34,269 nucleotides of DNA from Octopus bimaculoides (Eukaryota): the NCBI RefSeq assembly GCF_001194135.2, contig NC_068982.1, positions 85,242,740-85,277,008 of the forward strand, in the 5' to 3' direction. Positions 11,451 to 23,618 of the stretch are shown here, piece after piece (within the stretch, counting starts at the first letter, position 1; each line of letters starts with the position of its first letter). The notes under the pieces were generated by a model, which saw only the letters and a program-made list of their open reading frames with translations, did no database searches and had not been told where the DNA came from. Made by a program: the position numbers and the translations under genes.

Positions 11451-12850
11451 TCATCTTTTTATAGTCCTTTCCGGACAGCTATTCCAGAAATCTGCCGGAT
11501 GATTTAGTCTGGAAAATTAAAGATGGGATGTTGAAAACCTTTGATTTGCTGGATCAGAGATCAGGAGCTTAACTTCTTTTACCCAACATCCTAGAAATTA
11601 CAATTTAGTTATTAATATCCATAGAAATCCTAGGCATGAAAAATAAAAATGGGATAGCTATGGGTGGAATGATTTCGATCATAGGTCTGCTTGATCAGAG
11701 CTGATCTAAACAAAATAACTAGTGACAGATTCGTGTGTGCATGTAATTACTGCTGTCTCCCCAAACCTAGAAATAGCAGCAACGTCAATATATAAATTTC
11801 GTAGTTTAATTAATTCATATAAATATTGAAAACAAACATTATTTGAGATAAACCTGGACGAAATTCTAATCGAATTGCTTCATTATAATCGGCTGCGACT
11901 TTACTTTTTGATAGTTCGATAATTTCTTTGGATTTGTTTTCAACGCGTAAATAATTATGATTATGTGGTGGGAGGGACTACTTCAAAATTTCGTTGGTTA
12001 AAATTTTGTTCATCTTTGAACGTTTTTGAAATGATTTTTGTTATTGTTTGTTTAAGAAACTGGACTGTTACATCTGTGTGTGTGTACGCAAATTATGAAA
12101 GTTCCATTTATTTTGTGTCTTGTGAAAAACATTTACCGTAGAAAAACTAAAAATGGGCATTAATGTTGTTCCCTGATTTGCGTCCATAAAGTCACGACTA
12201 TGTATTAATGTTTTTTTTTTTGGGATTCTATACTCTTTCAATAATTTGTACGTAAAATATAACTAGTAGTATCCATGGAAATTGCACAGATACAGTTAGT
12301 ATGCACGTTGGTTGGAAGTTAAAGAATCATGAAATATACGATGTCTTTTGAAATTGCAGTTTGTTTGAATTATAATCTTTTGATGGTGTAAAAGTCTACC
12401 TTATATGGAATGTGAAGTTTTATGATACAGCATATCTAAAAATGTTACAATCTTTGTTAAACACTTATCTTTAACTTTGAGTGTTATCCATTTTATTTCC
12501 ATTTACGTCAAGAAGTAAACAATCTTGAATATGGAATTAAACCGAAGACATAATATAGTTATGTTATGACTCTGGTACTGTACTACTGTGTACTACTGCA
12601 TTATTGGTAAAGCGTCCACAAATGCTAATGTTGCATTACATCCGTATTTTCATATCAGACAATAGTTCATAGGTTTGAATGCACAGTCCTATTCAATGTT
12701 GTCAAATTGTCACGCTTAGCTGTCAATTCTTATCCACCCACACCTCATCAGAAAAGTTACACCAATGTAGGCGCAAGTATGGGTGGAAGGTTAAAAAGTA
12801 CACTTCATAACCATATGGTCCCTAGTTCATTCTGTGTGTGTGTGTATATA

Positions 12851-13400
12851 TCATCATCATCATCATCATCGTCGTTTAACGTCCACTTTCCATGCTAGCA
12901 TGGGTTGGACGATTTGACTGAGGACTGGCAAGCCAGCAGGCTACACCAGGCTCCAATCTGATCTGGCAGTGTTTCTACAGCTGGATGCCCTTCCTAACGC
13001 CAACCACTCCGAGAGTGTAGTGAGTGCTTTTACGTGCCACCGGCACGAGGGCCAGTCACACGGTACTGGCAACGGCCACGCTCAAAAAGGTGTTTTTTGC
13101 GTGCTACCTGCACAGGAGTCAGTTTCGCTCGAATGATTTTCTAACGTGCTACCAGCACAAGTGCTCGCTCAAATGGTGCTAATTACGGGCCACTAGCACA
13201 GAAGCCAGACAGCTGCTCTGGCAATGAACACGCTCGGACAGAGCTGTTAGTGCTCCACTGGCGCAGGTGCCAGTCATCGAGTATGGTTCAATTACGATTG
13301 CGATTGCCCCAACAGGTCTTCGCAAGTAGAGTTTAGTGCCAAATGAAGGAGAGGTTGGCATGGGTGCCAGTCGTCGGATTCGGTTCGATTTCGATTTCAA
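12851..13400 (-). mobile_element. RTE-family 3' UTR/tail fragment ending in (GAT)n
   Basis: Reverse complement of the 19671-19956 copy; shares motifs with the 3' UTR of the RTE at 16915-17740; (TCA)n tail at 12851. Confidence 0.85.
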
Positions 13401-14003
13401 ATTTTAAATTGCAAATTTCAATATATATACATACATACACATNNNNNNNNNNNNNNNNNNNNNNNNNNNNNNNNNNNNNNNNNNNNNNNNNNNNNNNNNN
13501 NNNNNNNNNNNNNNNNNNNNNNNNNNNNNNNNNNNNNNNNNNNNNNNNNNNNNNNNNNNNNNNNNNNNNNNNNNNNNNNNNNNNNNNNNNNNNNNNNNNN
13601 NNNNNNNNNNNNNNNNNNNNNNNNNNNNNNNNNNNNNNNNNNNNNNNNNNNNNNNNNNNNNNNNNNNNNNNNNNNNNNNNNNNNNNNNNNNNNNNNNNNN
13701 NNNNNNNNNNNNNNNNNNNNNNNNNNNNNNNNNNNNNNNNNNNNNNNNNNNNNNNNNNNNNNNNNNNNNNNNNNNNNNNNNNNNNNNNNNNNNNNNNNNN
13801 NNNNNNNNNNNNNNNNNNNNNNNNNNNNNNNNNNNNNNNNNNNNNNNNNNNNNNNNNNNNNNNNNNNNNNNNNNNNNNNNNNNNNNNNNNNNNNNNNNNN
13901 NNNNNNNNTATATATATATATATATATATACATATGTATATATATATATATATATATACACATATATATATATACACACACACATGTATTTTTTTTTCTG
14001 TAG

Positions 14004-16814
14004 TTTCAGCTCGGAGCTGTGGCCATGCTGGAGCACTGCCGTTTTGCTACACTGATATTACTGAGAGCCTCCTCTAATATGTGTCATTTGGTGAAAAATG
14101 GAGTTTGATGTAGCTACCCTCATTTGCACCTCTTACTGTGAGGTAGGTTCATCTGAGACTCTCGACAGGAAGAGGTCCAGCCTTGATTTTAAAATACCTA
14201 CATCTACTCTGTGCATGTTCCTCAGGCCCTTTGGGAGAATATTAAAAAGCTGTGGGTTCTTGAAACCCAGGCTGTTGCAGTAACTGGTCCTGAAGTGCGA
14301 TGGCTTTGCTGGGATCTTTGGCACTGTGCAGTGTCGACCCATTCTGGCTTTGGTGTAGCTTTCAATGCCAAAATTTGGCACAATTTCTTCCAGGATCTTT
14401 CAGACGTATATTACTGCATACCTCTCCCGCCTTCTCTCCAGGGAGTAGAGTCCTAACTGTTTCAGCCTTTCCCAGTAGCTAAGCAGTTGCAAAGAGACGA
14501 TCTTTGTTGTGAAGCTTCACTGAATTGCTTCAAGGTCCTCTGTTAATTTCGCACTCGTGGGTGACCATAGCTGTGAGCAGTAATCCAGGCGGCTGAGGAC
14601 GAATATCCTCCAGAGGACCATCATGGTTTCCTTATCTCTGGTTCTGAATGTTCTCAGGATCCATCCAGCTAGTTGTCTGCACTTTGTCGCCATCTTGGTA
14701 ATGTGCACTTAGAAAGAGGTATCATCACTCATATTGATACCCAGGTCTCTCACTGATTTAGGCTCTGGGATTGAAATTCCCTGCGGACCAGTGTACTCCG
14801 TAAGTTTCATAATCAGTTTTGGATGTTGGTAGCACAGGGCTTGGAATTTTTCAGCATTAAACTGCATATTATTATCTTCAGCCCACTTGTAAACTGAGTC
14901 CAACTCCTGCTGCAGATGTGCAACATCACTGGAGTTTTGTATTTTCTGCGAGACTTTCGTATCGTCTGTGTAGCTTGCAAGGGTGGCTATCCGGGCACTT
15001 GAGGGCATATCTGAGAGAGCGACTATAAAAAGCAATGGTCCCAAGACAGTGCCCTGTGGAACACCGCTCATTATTTGTGTTTTCATAGATGTGGCTACAT
15101 TAGCCACTACTGCCTGACTTCTATCTTTCAGAAAGTCATGTAACAACTCTCCAAGTTTTCCAGCTATCACACCATGATCCACTTTGTCAAAAGCTTTTGC
15201 AAAATCAAGGTATATTATGTCCACATTTGAGTTGTTGAGTAACTGCCTCNNNNNNNNNNNNNNNNNNNNNNNNNNNNNNNNNNNNNNNNNNNNNNNNNNN
15301 NNNNNNNNNNNNNNNNNNNNNNNNNNNNNNNTTTTCCTCTGACTATCTTTCCATGACTTTGCTGATGTGTGAAGTCAGAGAGATAGGCCTATAGTTTTTG
15401 GCATCTGCTCTGCTTCCCCCTTTATGGATTGGGCAAATTATTCCCTCCTTCAGCTTGCTTGGCAGTCTGCCGTTTGCGAGAAAGCTTTGGAAGAGGATCT
15501 GGAGGGGTTTTGCCAGGGCATGCTTACATGATTTAAGGAGGATTGCTGGGAAACTATCAGGGCCAGCAGTTGAGTTTGTGTCCACTTCATGTATAGCTAG
15601 TAGTACATCTTCTTTGCTAATGTTGATGTATTCCATCGTAACTGCCTCACTGGTTATAGGGGAGGTAGCAAAGAAGTCCACTGGTTCGTTCACTTGTCTA
15701 TGCTTCAACGGAGTGGTGAAGACACTTTTGAACTGCTCATTCAATACCTCACTGATCCTAGTTGGACTGTCTGTGAGGGAGCCATCCTTTTCGGAGAGGG
15801 GTCCAATCTTGCAGCATACTGAGGCTGTTTTTTTTTGCGTAATGAAAGAAGGCCTTTGGGTTTGACTTAATGTTTTTTATAACCCAGTCTTCTTTGTCTG
15901 CTCTCTCCCTCACATAGGATTGTTGCAGCCTTTTTTCAATCTCCATCAGTGTCGTTTTTAGGCGGGCCGTTTGGCTACTCTTGTGATGCTGGTTGAGTCG
16001 ACTTGCAACTTTCGTTCGTCGTCTCATGAGGATCTTCCTCTCCCTTGGAATCTTGTTCCTATTTGTTTTGGCCTTGTGCTCTGGGACATATTTCTGGCAT
16101 ATGGCTTGCACAGTAGACATGAAACATTCTAGTTTCATGTCAATGTCTGGTGTGGAGAGACATTTTGGCCAATCCTCTCTGAGGATCTCTTTCTGGATCG
16201 ATTTCCAGTCTGCTTTGTGGAAGTTCAGATTGGAGAGATTTTGGGTGCTTCCTTTAGGCTGTATGTCTCTGGTTTCTTTTGGCCCAACATAGACAGCTCT
16301 ATTATGTTGTGATCTGAGACTAATGTCAGCGTCACTTTCACATCATGAATGATGTCCATATTGTTCGTGAAGCAGAGATCTAGTTGGTCTGAGAACAGCT
16401 TGCTCCATGAATAGGGCATTGGTGAGGTTGAGCAGGGATTCCACCTGTGCTTGCTTGTGATGAGTCATTCCTGAGAGTATGAGACCTTCAGGCCATTTGA
16501 CGTTGGGGAAGTTGACATCACCAATAAGAAATATGGTCACATGGTGTTCCAGTTTCATGAGGCTTTCTTTAATTCTAGTGAGGCAATCTTCAAATTTGCC
16601 TATGTGGTTTGGAGCATCCGGTGGGCAATATGTATTGCATATGACTATATTATGTTGTCTTATGTATACAATTAGGGTGTCACAAAGGAATTTGAGTATG
16701 ACAGTAAGACCTGGGGTGTGAGGTCGTCACGGATGTATACAGGAATTCCACCATGGCTCCTTTACCTTCTGTTTGTTCGCAGTATGACATATTTTGGTAC
16801 GTGTACTTCTGCAT
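14004..16814 (-). mobile_element. CR1-group LINE ORF2 remnant (APE endonuclease + RT) with 3' tail; frameshifted; contains and ends at N-gaps
   Basis: SHGGIPVYIRDD, NTYCPPD, IGDVNFP; KGGSRADAKNYRPISLTSHISKVMER; IYLDFAKAFDKVDH, SGVPQGTVLGPLLF, YTDDTK; SRLDYCSQLWSP. Confidence 0.93.
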
Positions 16815-16914
16815 NNNNNNNNNNNNNNNNNNNNNNNNNNNNNNNNNNNNNNNNNNNNNNNNNNNNNNNNNNNNNNNNNNNNNNNNNNNNNNNNNNNNNN
16901 NNNNNNNNNNNNNN

Positions 16915-17740
16915 GACGCATGTGTACGAACAGCCATGCTTCATGGCAGTGAAACATCGGCCGTAACTGCTGAGGACATGCGTAGGCTCGCAAGGAATGA
17001 ATCCAGTATGCTCTGATGGATGTGTAATGTCAGTGTGCATACTAGACAGAATGTTAATACCTTGAGAGAAAAGTTGAACTTACGAATCATCAGTTGTGGT
17101 GTGCAAGAAAGACAATTGCGCTGGTATGGTCATGTGGCGAGAATGGATGAGGATAGCTGTGTGAAAAAGTGCCACACCCTATCAGTTGAGGGAACCTGTG
17201 GAAGAGGTAGGCCCAGGAAGACCTGGGATGAGGTGGTGAGGCATGACCTTCGAACATTGGGCCTCACCGAGGCGATGACTTCTGACCGAGACCTTTGGAA
17301 ATATGCTGTGCGTGAGAAGACCCAGCAAGCCAAGTGAGACCTAAATTGAAGGCCTCAGGCAGCCCACTTATACGTACCTTCCTTCATTGGACACTAAACT
17401 CCGCTTGCGAAGACCTGTTGAGGCAAGTGAAATCGAAATCGAATTAAATTCGACGACTGGCACCCATGCCAACTTCGTCTCCTTCATTGGAAAAGAAACT
17501 CTGCTTGCGAAGGCCTATTGGGGCAAGCGAAAGTGAAACCGTCAATGGCACTTGTGCCCATCATCGCCTTCCTGGCACTTGTACCAGATGGCACGTGTAA
17601 AGACATTCGAGTGAGATCGTTGCCTGTGCCGCCGAACTGGCTCCTGTGCAGGTGGCACGTAAAATACACCATTTTGAGCGTGGCCGTTGCCAGTACCACC
17701 TGACTGGCCTTCGTGCCCGTGGCACGTAAAAGCACCTACT
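16915..17740 (+). mobile_element. RTE-clade LINE 3' end (RT C-terminus 16915-17337 plus repetitive 3' UTR)
   Basis: ACVRTAMLHGSET...QLRWYGHVARMDEDSCVKKC...RGRPRKTWDEVVRHDL...DRDLWK is a typical RTE C-terminus. Confidence 0.92.
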
Positions 17741-18428
17741 NNNNNNNNNNNNNNNNNNNNNNNNNNNNNNNNNNNNNNNNNNNNNNNNNNNNNNNNNNNN
17801 NNNNNNNNNNNNNNNNNNNNNNNNNNNNNNNNNNNNNNNNNNNNNNNNNNNNNNNNNNNNNNNNNNNNNNNNNNNNNNNNNNNNNNNNNNNNNNNNNNNN
17901 NNNNNNNNNNNNNNNNNNNNNNNNNNNNNNNNNNNNNNNNNNNNNNNNNNNNNNNNNNNNNNNNNNNNNNNNNNNNNNNNNNNNNNNNNNNNNNNNNNNN
18001 NNNNNNNNNNNNNNNNNNNNNNNNNNNNNNNNNNNNNNNNNNNNNNNNNNNNNNNNNNNNNNNNNNNNNNNNNNNNNNNNNNNNNNNNNNNNNNNNNNNN
18101 NNNNNNNNNNNNNNNNNNNNNNNNNNNNNNNNNNNNNNNNNNNNNNNNNNNNNNNNNNNNNNNNNNNNNNNNNNNNNNNNNNNNNNNNNNNNNNNNNNNN
18201 NNNNNNNNNNNNNNNNNNNNNNNNNNNNNNNNNNNNNNNNNNNNNNNNNNNNNNNNNNNNNNNNNNNNNNNNNNNNNNNNNNNNNNNNNNNNNNNNNNNN
18301 NNNNNNNNNNNNNNNNNNNNNNNNNNNNNNNNNNNNNNNNNNNNNNNNNNNNNNNNNNNNNNNNNNNNNNNNNNNATATATTTATGTGTATGCATATTTT
18401 TATGTTTATATATTTATATACATATCTA

Positions 18429-19655
18429 TATTTGCTCATCCTGTAAATAATGTGGCTTTTTTGAAGTGCATGGACTAAAAATCAGAGGGCACTGCATAAA
18501 CTACCTGCATCGACTTGCTATAAAAGCAAGGTAGTAATTTTACCATGTGTTTATTGTCAGTGCAAGTTTTGAAGAATGAATTTTGATTTTAGGAATTCTG
18601 TTTTCAAAGCTTCAATGGAAGTGTAAAGGAGCATATTCAGTAAAGGTTGCAATGCAGTGGAAAGTGCGAGGAATATTAATGCAGTATATGGGGATCGAAC
18701 AATAAGCGAATGCCATTGTCAACAGTGGATCTAGATATCCTGAGCTGGAAACTAGAGCCTAGAAGACGAGCTTCTTCCTTCAAGATCTGTGGCACTTGAC
18801 AAGAATGTCCTGCAAACCCTGGTGGAAAGAAATCCTATTGTGACTGTTGAGGGACTAGTAGAGAAGCTTGGATTTGGTCATTCAACCATTCATCAACACC
18901 TGCATGCCATCAGAAAGTCAGTATATTTGGTTATTGGGTTCGTCACAAACTTTCTCAGTTTAATAGTGTACATGAATGAATGTTTTTGGACCAAATAGTG
19001 ACTGGTGACGAGAAATGGGTTCCCTATAAAAATGTCAAGCGCTGAAGACAGTAGGTAGGGAAAGGAGAAGGACTGTCTCCCCAGGCGAAAGAAGGTCTTC
19101 ACCCATCTATCGTGTTGTTATCTGTTTGGTGGGATATGAAATGCTTAGTGCACTTTGAACTTTTAGACCCAAACTAAACAATAATAAAGGAGATCTACTG
19201 TGAGTAGCTAGAGTTGCTTAACTCAGCGCCAGAAGAAAAATGACTATGTTTGGTTTCAAGATGAAAGATGTTCCTCCATCAGGATAATGCTCAACCACAT
19301 ACAGCAAGGACTAGGTTCCTAAGGCTGGATCAGTTTGAATTGGAAATGACGCCCCATCCACCATATTCACCAGACATTGCCCCATCTGATTATTATTTAT
19401 TCTGCAGTTTTCAAAATCATTTGGACAGAAAAAATATGAATTCTGTAGACTAAGTCAGAACAGTACTGGAGGAATATTTTTCATCACAGAGAAATGAATT
19501 TTGGAAGAGGGGCCTTGCAAGTCTACCATATAGATGGAAGAGCATTGTAGAAGATGAAGGAGAATATATTTTAGAATAAAAAAGAACTTTGATTATCTTA
19601 ATTTTGAAAAATAAAAGTATTTAAAAGTCTGCATTATTTATGGGATGACCCAATA
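18429..19655 (+). mobile_element. mariner (DD34D) transposon, near full length, inactivated
   Basis: TIRs TATTTGCTCATCCTGTAAATAATG and CATTATTTATGGGATGACCCAATA flanked by TA; IVTGDEKW, HQDNAQPH-34 aa-YSPDIAPSD; several stops and frameshifts. Confidence 0.92.
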
Positions 19656-19670
19656 TATATTTATGTATAT

Positions 19671-19954
19671 CATTGCCAGTGCTGCTGGACTGGCTCCTGT
19701 GCGGGTGGTACGTAAAATACACCATTTCGAGCATGGCCATTGCCAGTACCACCTGACTGGCCTTCGTGCCGGTGGCACGTAAGAGCACCCACTACACTCT
19801 CGGAGTGGTTGGCATTAGGAAGGGCATCCAGCTGTAGAAACTCTGCCAAATCAGATTGGAGCCTGGTGTAGCCACCTGGTCCACCAGTCCTCAGTCAAAT
19901 CGTCCAACCCATGCTAGCATGGAAAATGGACATTAAACGATGATGATGATGATG

Positions 19955-19956
<2 letters not shown>
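19671..19956 (+). mobile_element. RTE-family 3' tail fragment ending in (GAT)n, followed by (GT)n
   Basis: Near-identical to 17620-17740 and, inverted, to 12851-13130. Confidence 0.85.
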
Positions 19957-20000
<44 letters not shown>

Positions 20001-20678
20001 ATACACACACACACACCAAAGGAGAGAGTGTAAGTGAGAGGAGTAAGGAATGAGAGAGCTTATTTTTATCACTTGTTATTATTGTTGTAACTTTCCCTGT
20101 ATGGATTCACTACTAATTCTCTAATGTCACGAAGCAAGGCATAATAACATCTAAAATGTTGCTAGATGGAATATATTTTGATCTATAAGATGTATTTAAC
20201 TAATTTTAGTTTTATTTGAATTAGATGACTTCATTTTGATTAGTTGACATATAATATACTTGGAGGGTTTTTGATGACAACATATAAATTTGGTTTATGT
20301 GCTTGCCTGTTTACATGCTCTTGAAGTGATATAATTTATCCTGCATTGTAGGCTCATTTCTTAGGTTGATGCTGTTTGAAATCATCATATCTGAAGTGAA
20401 TGTTTCATATGTCACATATATATTGCATGCATTGCATAACTTTGTGGTATGGAATAAATGTTTGTTTATGGAAATGTTTGCAACATCGATATGGCTTCTT
20501 TTTTCCTCAAATTATTATTCATTATGTAAGCCTTATAACATACTTTGGATTCATGACGTGCTCCATCTTGTCATTAATTGTAATATAACTGATCTTTCTT
20601 TGACTATTGGAATACTACACTAGCCAGGTTCCTACATGAAGTAATGATGAAGTAATTGCCTGGATTTAACTTATCCCT

Positions 20679-20810
20679 TCAATTATTGTATGTATGCATG
20701 TGTGTGTGTGTGTAATTTATATACAGATGAGTAGTATAAGATATTGATTCAAAGAAACGTGTAACTATCACAGAAAGCTTCTTGTAAGGACTTGAGATTA
20801 CTATGTGGGC

Positions 20811-20885
<75 letters not shown>
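20679..20885. repeat. (TG)n and (TA)n microsatellites
   Basis: Direct inspection. Confidence 0.85.
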
Positions 20886-21142
20886 GTGAGACGTGCCACA
20901 TAAGGTCCCATTAACATCTGTGTGTATGCATCGGTTTGTGCATGTAATTATCTGAATCCTGTGGTAACTATCTGACACATATATGAATACAATCTGGCTG
21001 ACTGCTGTAATTTGACAGAGTCTGCAATTTCTTATTTAAATAGTGGATGGAATAAATGTACCTCAATAACAATAAAAACGTTATTGAAGAACATTTCAAT
21101 AAAATATTTTGGGATAGAACTTATTAACAAGCCAGTAATGGA

Positions 21143-22360
21143 CAGGGTGGGGAAGAGTGGACGGACATTTTTGAAAAATTTATAAAATCATTAATTTTAG
21201 CTGCAAACAAATTTTATTAACATCAATGTATTTGTATTGAATTAGCATTTGTCAAAATCAAGTGTGAAAAGCAACATCCACTATGTAGTGTCTGTTTCCA
21301 TTGACACATTTCTGAAGGTGTTCTTGGAAGTTGGCCTCCACTGACTTCCATGTGAATAGCTTCCTTCAAATCATCCAATGCATGGGGCTTATGCATATAC
21401 ACACAGGCCTTGAGGTTCCCCCACAAGAAATAATCACACATGGACAAATCAGGGGACCGAGAAGGCCAAAGAATGTCAACAAGCCTGGAAATGAGGTGGT
21501 CACTGAAGAGAGGTGAAGAACATCCATTGATGCTCTGGCTTTGTGGGCTGTCACCCCATCCTGCTGAAACCACACACGTCAAATAGGCATACGTTTTCAT
21601 GGTAATTCAGGCACAAAGAAGTTGTTTATCATCTTGATGTAATGGTCATTATTGTCCATTATTGTCTTGTAAAAAACAAGGACCAATGACAGCAGCTTTT
21701 CCAACAGCACACTACAGTCATTTTGGGGTTGTGCAGTGGTCTTTCATGTTGTTCTCTCGAATTTTCAAGAGCTCAGTGACTACAGTTCTGTTGATTCACC
21801 ATGCCATTAAGATGAAAATGAGGTTGTCATTTGCCTCAAAAATTGCTTCTATTTGATGTGTGAAGTTAAGTTGTTGTGCACAGTACCATGGTTTCAACAG
21901 TTGCCCAATGATCAATTTGTATGTGTGGAAATGCAGATCTTCATGCAAAATATGCCTTACCAATTGATTACTGATGGACTCTGTATCAAAGCTTGTCTGA
22001 CGTGTTCCCCATTTTCCGGGGTCCGTACCATTTGTGGTGCCCCCACCCGTCTCCTATTTATTGGTGTACCTCGTGTATGAAGTGCATTCACCCAACTTAT
22101 GATTGTGTTACGGGTGGGAACAACCGGATTTTGGTGAATGTTGAAGTGGTGCTGAAGCTCCGGCTGAACTGCTGTGACAGCCTCGTTATTCTTCATGTAA
22201 CTGAAATAGGCAAACACATGATGCTCTATCATCCACAACACCAAGGTTTCACCTGAAAAGGAAAAAAGTGCTAAGACACCACAAATCGAAGGGTGCCTGC
22301 TGGACATGTGTCTCTTGCCCTAGCGCTGAGTAATAACCATTTCAAAAACGTCCATCCATG
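21143..22360 (-). mobile_element. Tc1/mariner-superfamily DD41D (rosa-like) transposon, inactivated, one TIR truncated
   Basis: N-terminal HTH (HHFNIHQN...VPTRNTIISWV); WFQQDGVTAH...WPSRSPDLSMCDYFLWG with 41-aa spacing after repairing a 1-bp deletion; left end CAGGGTGGGGAAGAGTGGACGGACATTTTTGAAA, right end TTCAAAAACGTCCATCCA. Confidence 0.85.
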
Positions 22361-22365
22361 TATTA

Positions 22366-23618
22366 CAGGGTCTTGCAGATAAATTGAGACCAATTTTAAT
22401 CAGTTTATTTCGTGTGTTTAACATTTTATTTTTTGACTAACCTTCATTTTCTTGAAAATCTAATCCTTCTCTTTATTTTTCAGGTAAATAGAGAACTGAT
22501 TTGACAATAGAAAGTCATGGAACAACAGAATTATTCTGCCGTTGTTGTTTTGGCATGTGCTGGGCATACTGCCAATGAAATTGATAGGTTCACAAAACTT
22601 CCAAAAGCAACAGTTTATTGTGTGTATAAAAAATTTAAAGAAGAGGGAAAGATTGATAGAAAACAACACAAGACTTGAAGTGATTCCAAGCACAATCCTA
22701 AGTTTCTTGCTGGCCTCAAATGCTTGATTGAAGCCAACCCATCCACATCCATGACAACTCTTGCAAAGAAATGCAGTGTGTCCCTTTCCATGGTGTCCGG
22801 AGCTGTGAATGGGAACCTTGGCGTCACTAGCTGTGTTTGATGATACTATCACCTAACAGCCAAGGCCAAAGCAATCACAGCTGAGAGATGCCCAAAGCTT
22901 CTGACATTCATCAAGCATCAAGGTGCAGGAAAAACTCTCGTGTTTGTGGATGAGAAGTTCACTGAGGATGTTGATGTGAATTGCAGAAATTCTTGAATGA
23001 TTGCATACAACACTGCTAACGTCCCTCCTGTGTTTGAGACCAAGAATCCTGCCTCTGTGATGGTATTTGGAGCCATGGTGAGTGATGGAGTCTGGCTTGA
23101 AGATCAGCACAAAGGAGTATCTGGACATCCTGAAGAACTCTTTGTTAGATTGGATGGAGCAGAGGTTTGCGCTTGACAATGTGGTGCTTATCCAGGATTC
23201 TGCACCATACCATGGGTCAAAAGCAACACTGGCTTTCCTTGATGAGAGGGTGCCATTTTTGTGAGGGCCAAGATTTGGCCCAGTAGTAGCCCAGATCTCA
23301 ACCTTCTCGATTACTTTTTATGGGGTGTACTTCAAGCAAGAACCAGTGCTTCACCACACTCGAGTGTCAACAGTTTGAAGACCTGCATCATACATGTAAC
23401 ATACAAAATCAAAAAGATGGAGGTTGCAGCAGCTGCAAAAAAATTTTGTTCTTGTGTGAAGGCAGTAATTGCCTAAAAGGGCGGCCATATTGAATGATAA
23501 ATGTTTTTGTTGTAATAAATATTACATTAAAATTATTTCTATCTATTACCATTATTTTACTATTTATAACCAGTTTTATGCATTGTAAAAATTGTCTCAA
23601 TTTATCTGCAAGACCCTG
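22366..23618 (+). mobile_element. Tc1/mariner-superfamily DD37D (maT-like) transposon, inactivated
   Basis: Perfect 25-bp TIR CAGGGTCTTGCAGATAAATTGAGAC / GTCTCAATTTATCTGCAAGACCCTG; VFVDEK, KNPASVMVFG, IQDSAPYH...WPSSSPDLNLLDYFLWG with about 37-aa spacing across a frameshift; TA on the left, TG on the right. Confidence 0.9.

Noticed and set aside
16815-16914. Apparent head-to-head CR1/RTE junction suggesting a chimeric LINE
   Set aside because: The two are separated by exactly 100 N, an unsized gap; adjacency cannot be trusted
17379-17700. Repeated motifs with variable spacers resembling a CRISPR array
   Set aside because: Internal repeats of the RTE 3' UTR in eukaryotic DNA; irregular spacing and no cas genes
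22124-22140. GATTTTGGTGAA (DFGE) as a possible ASK exon
   Set aside because: Lies inside the DD41D transposon, upstream of the first coding exon, without flanking similarity
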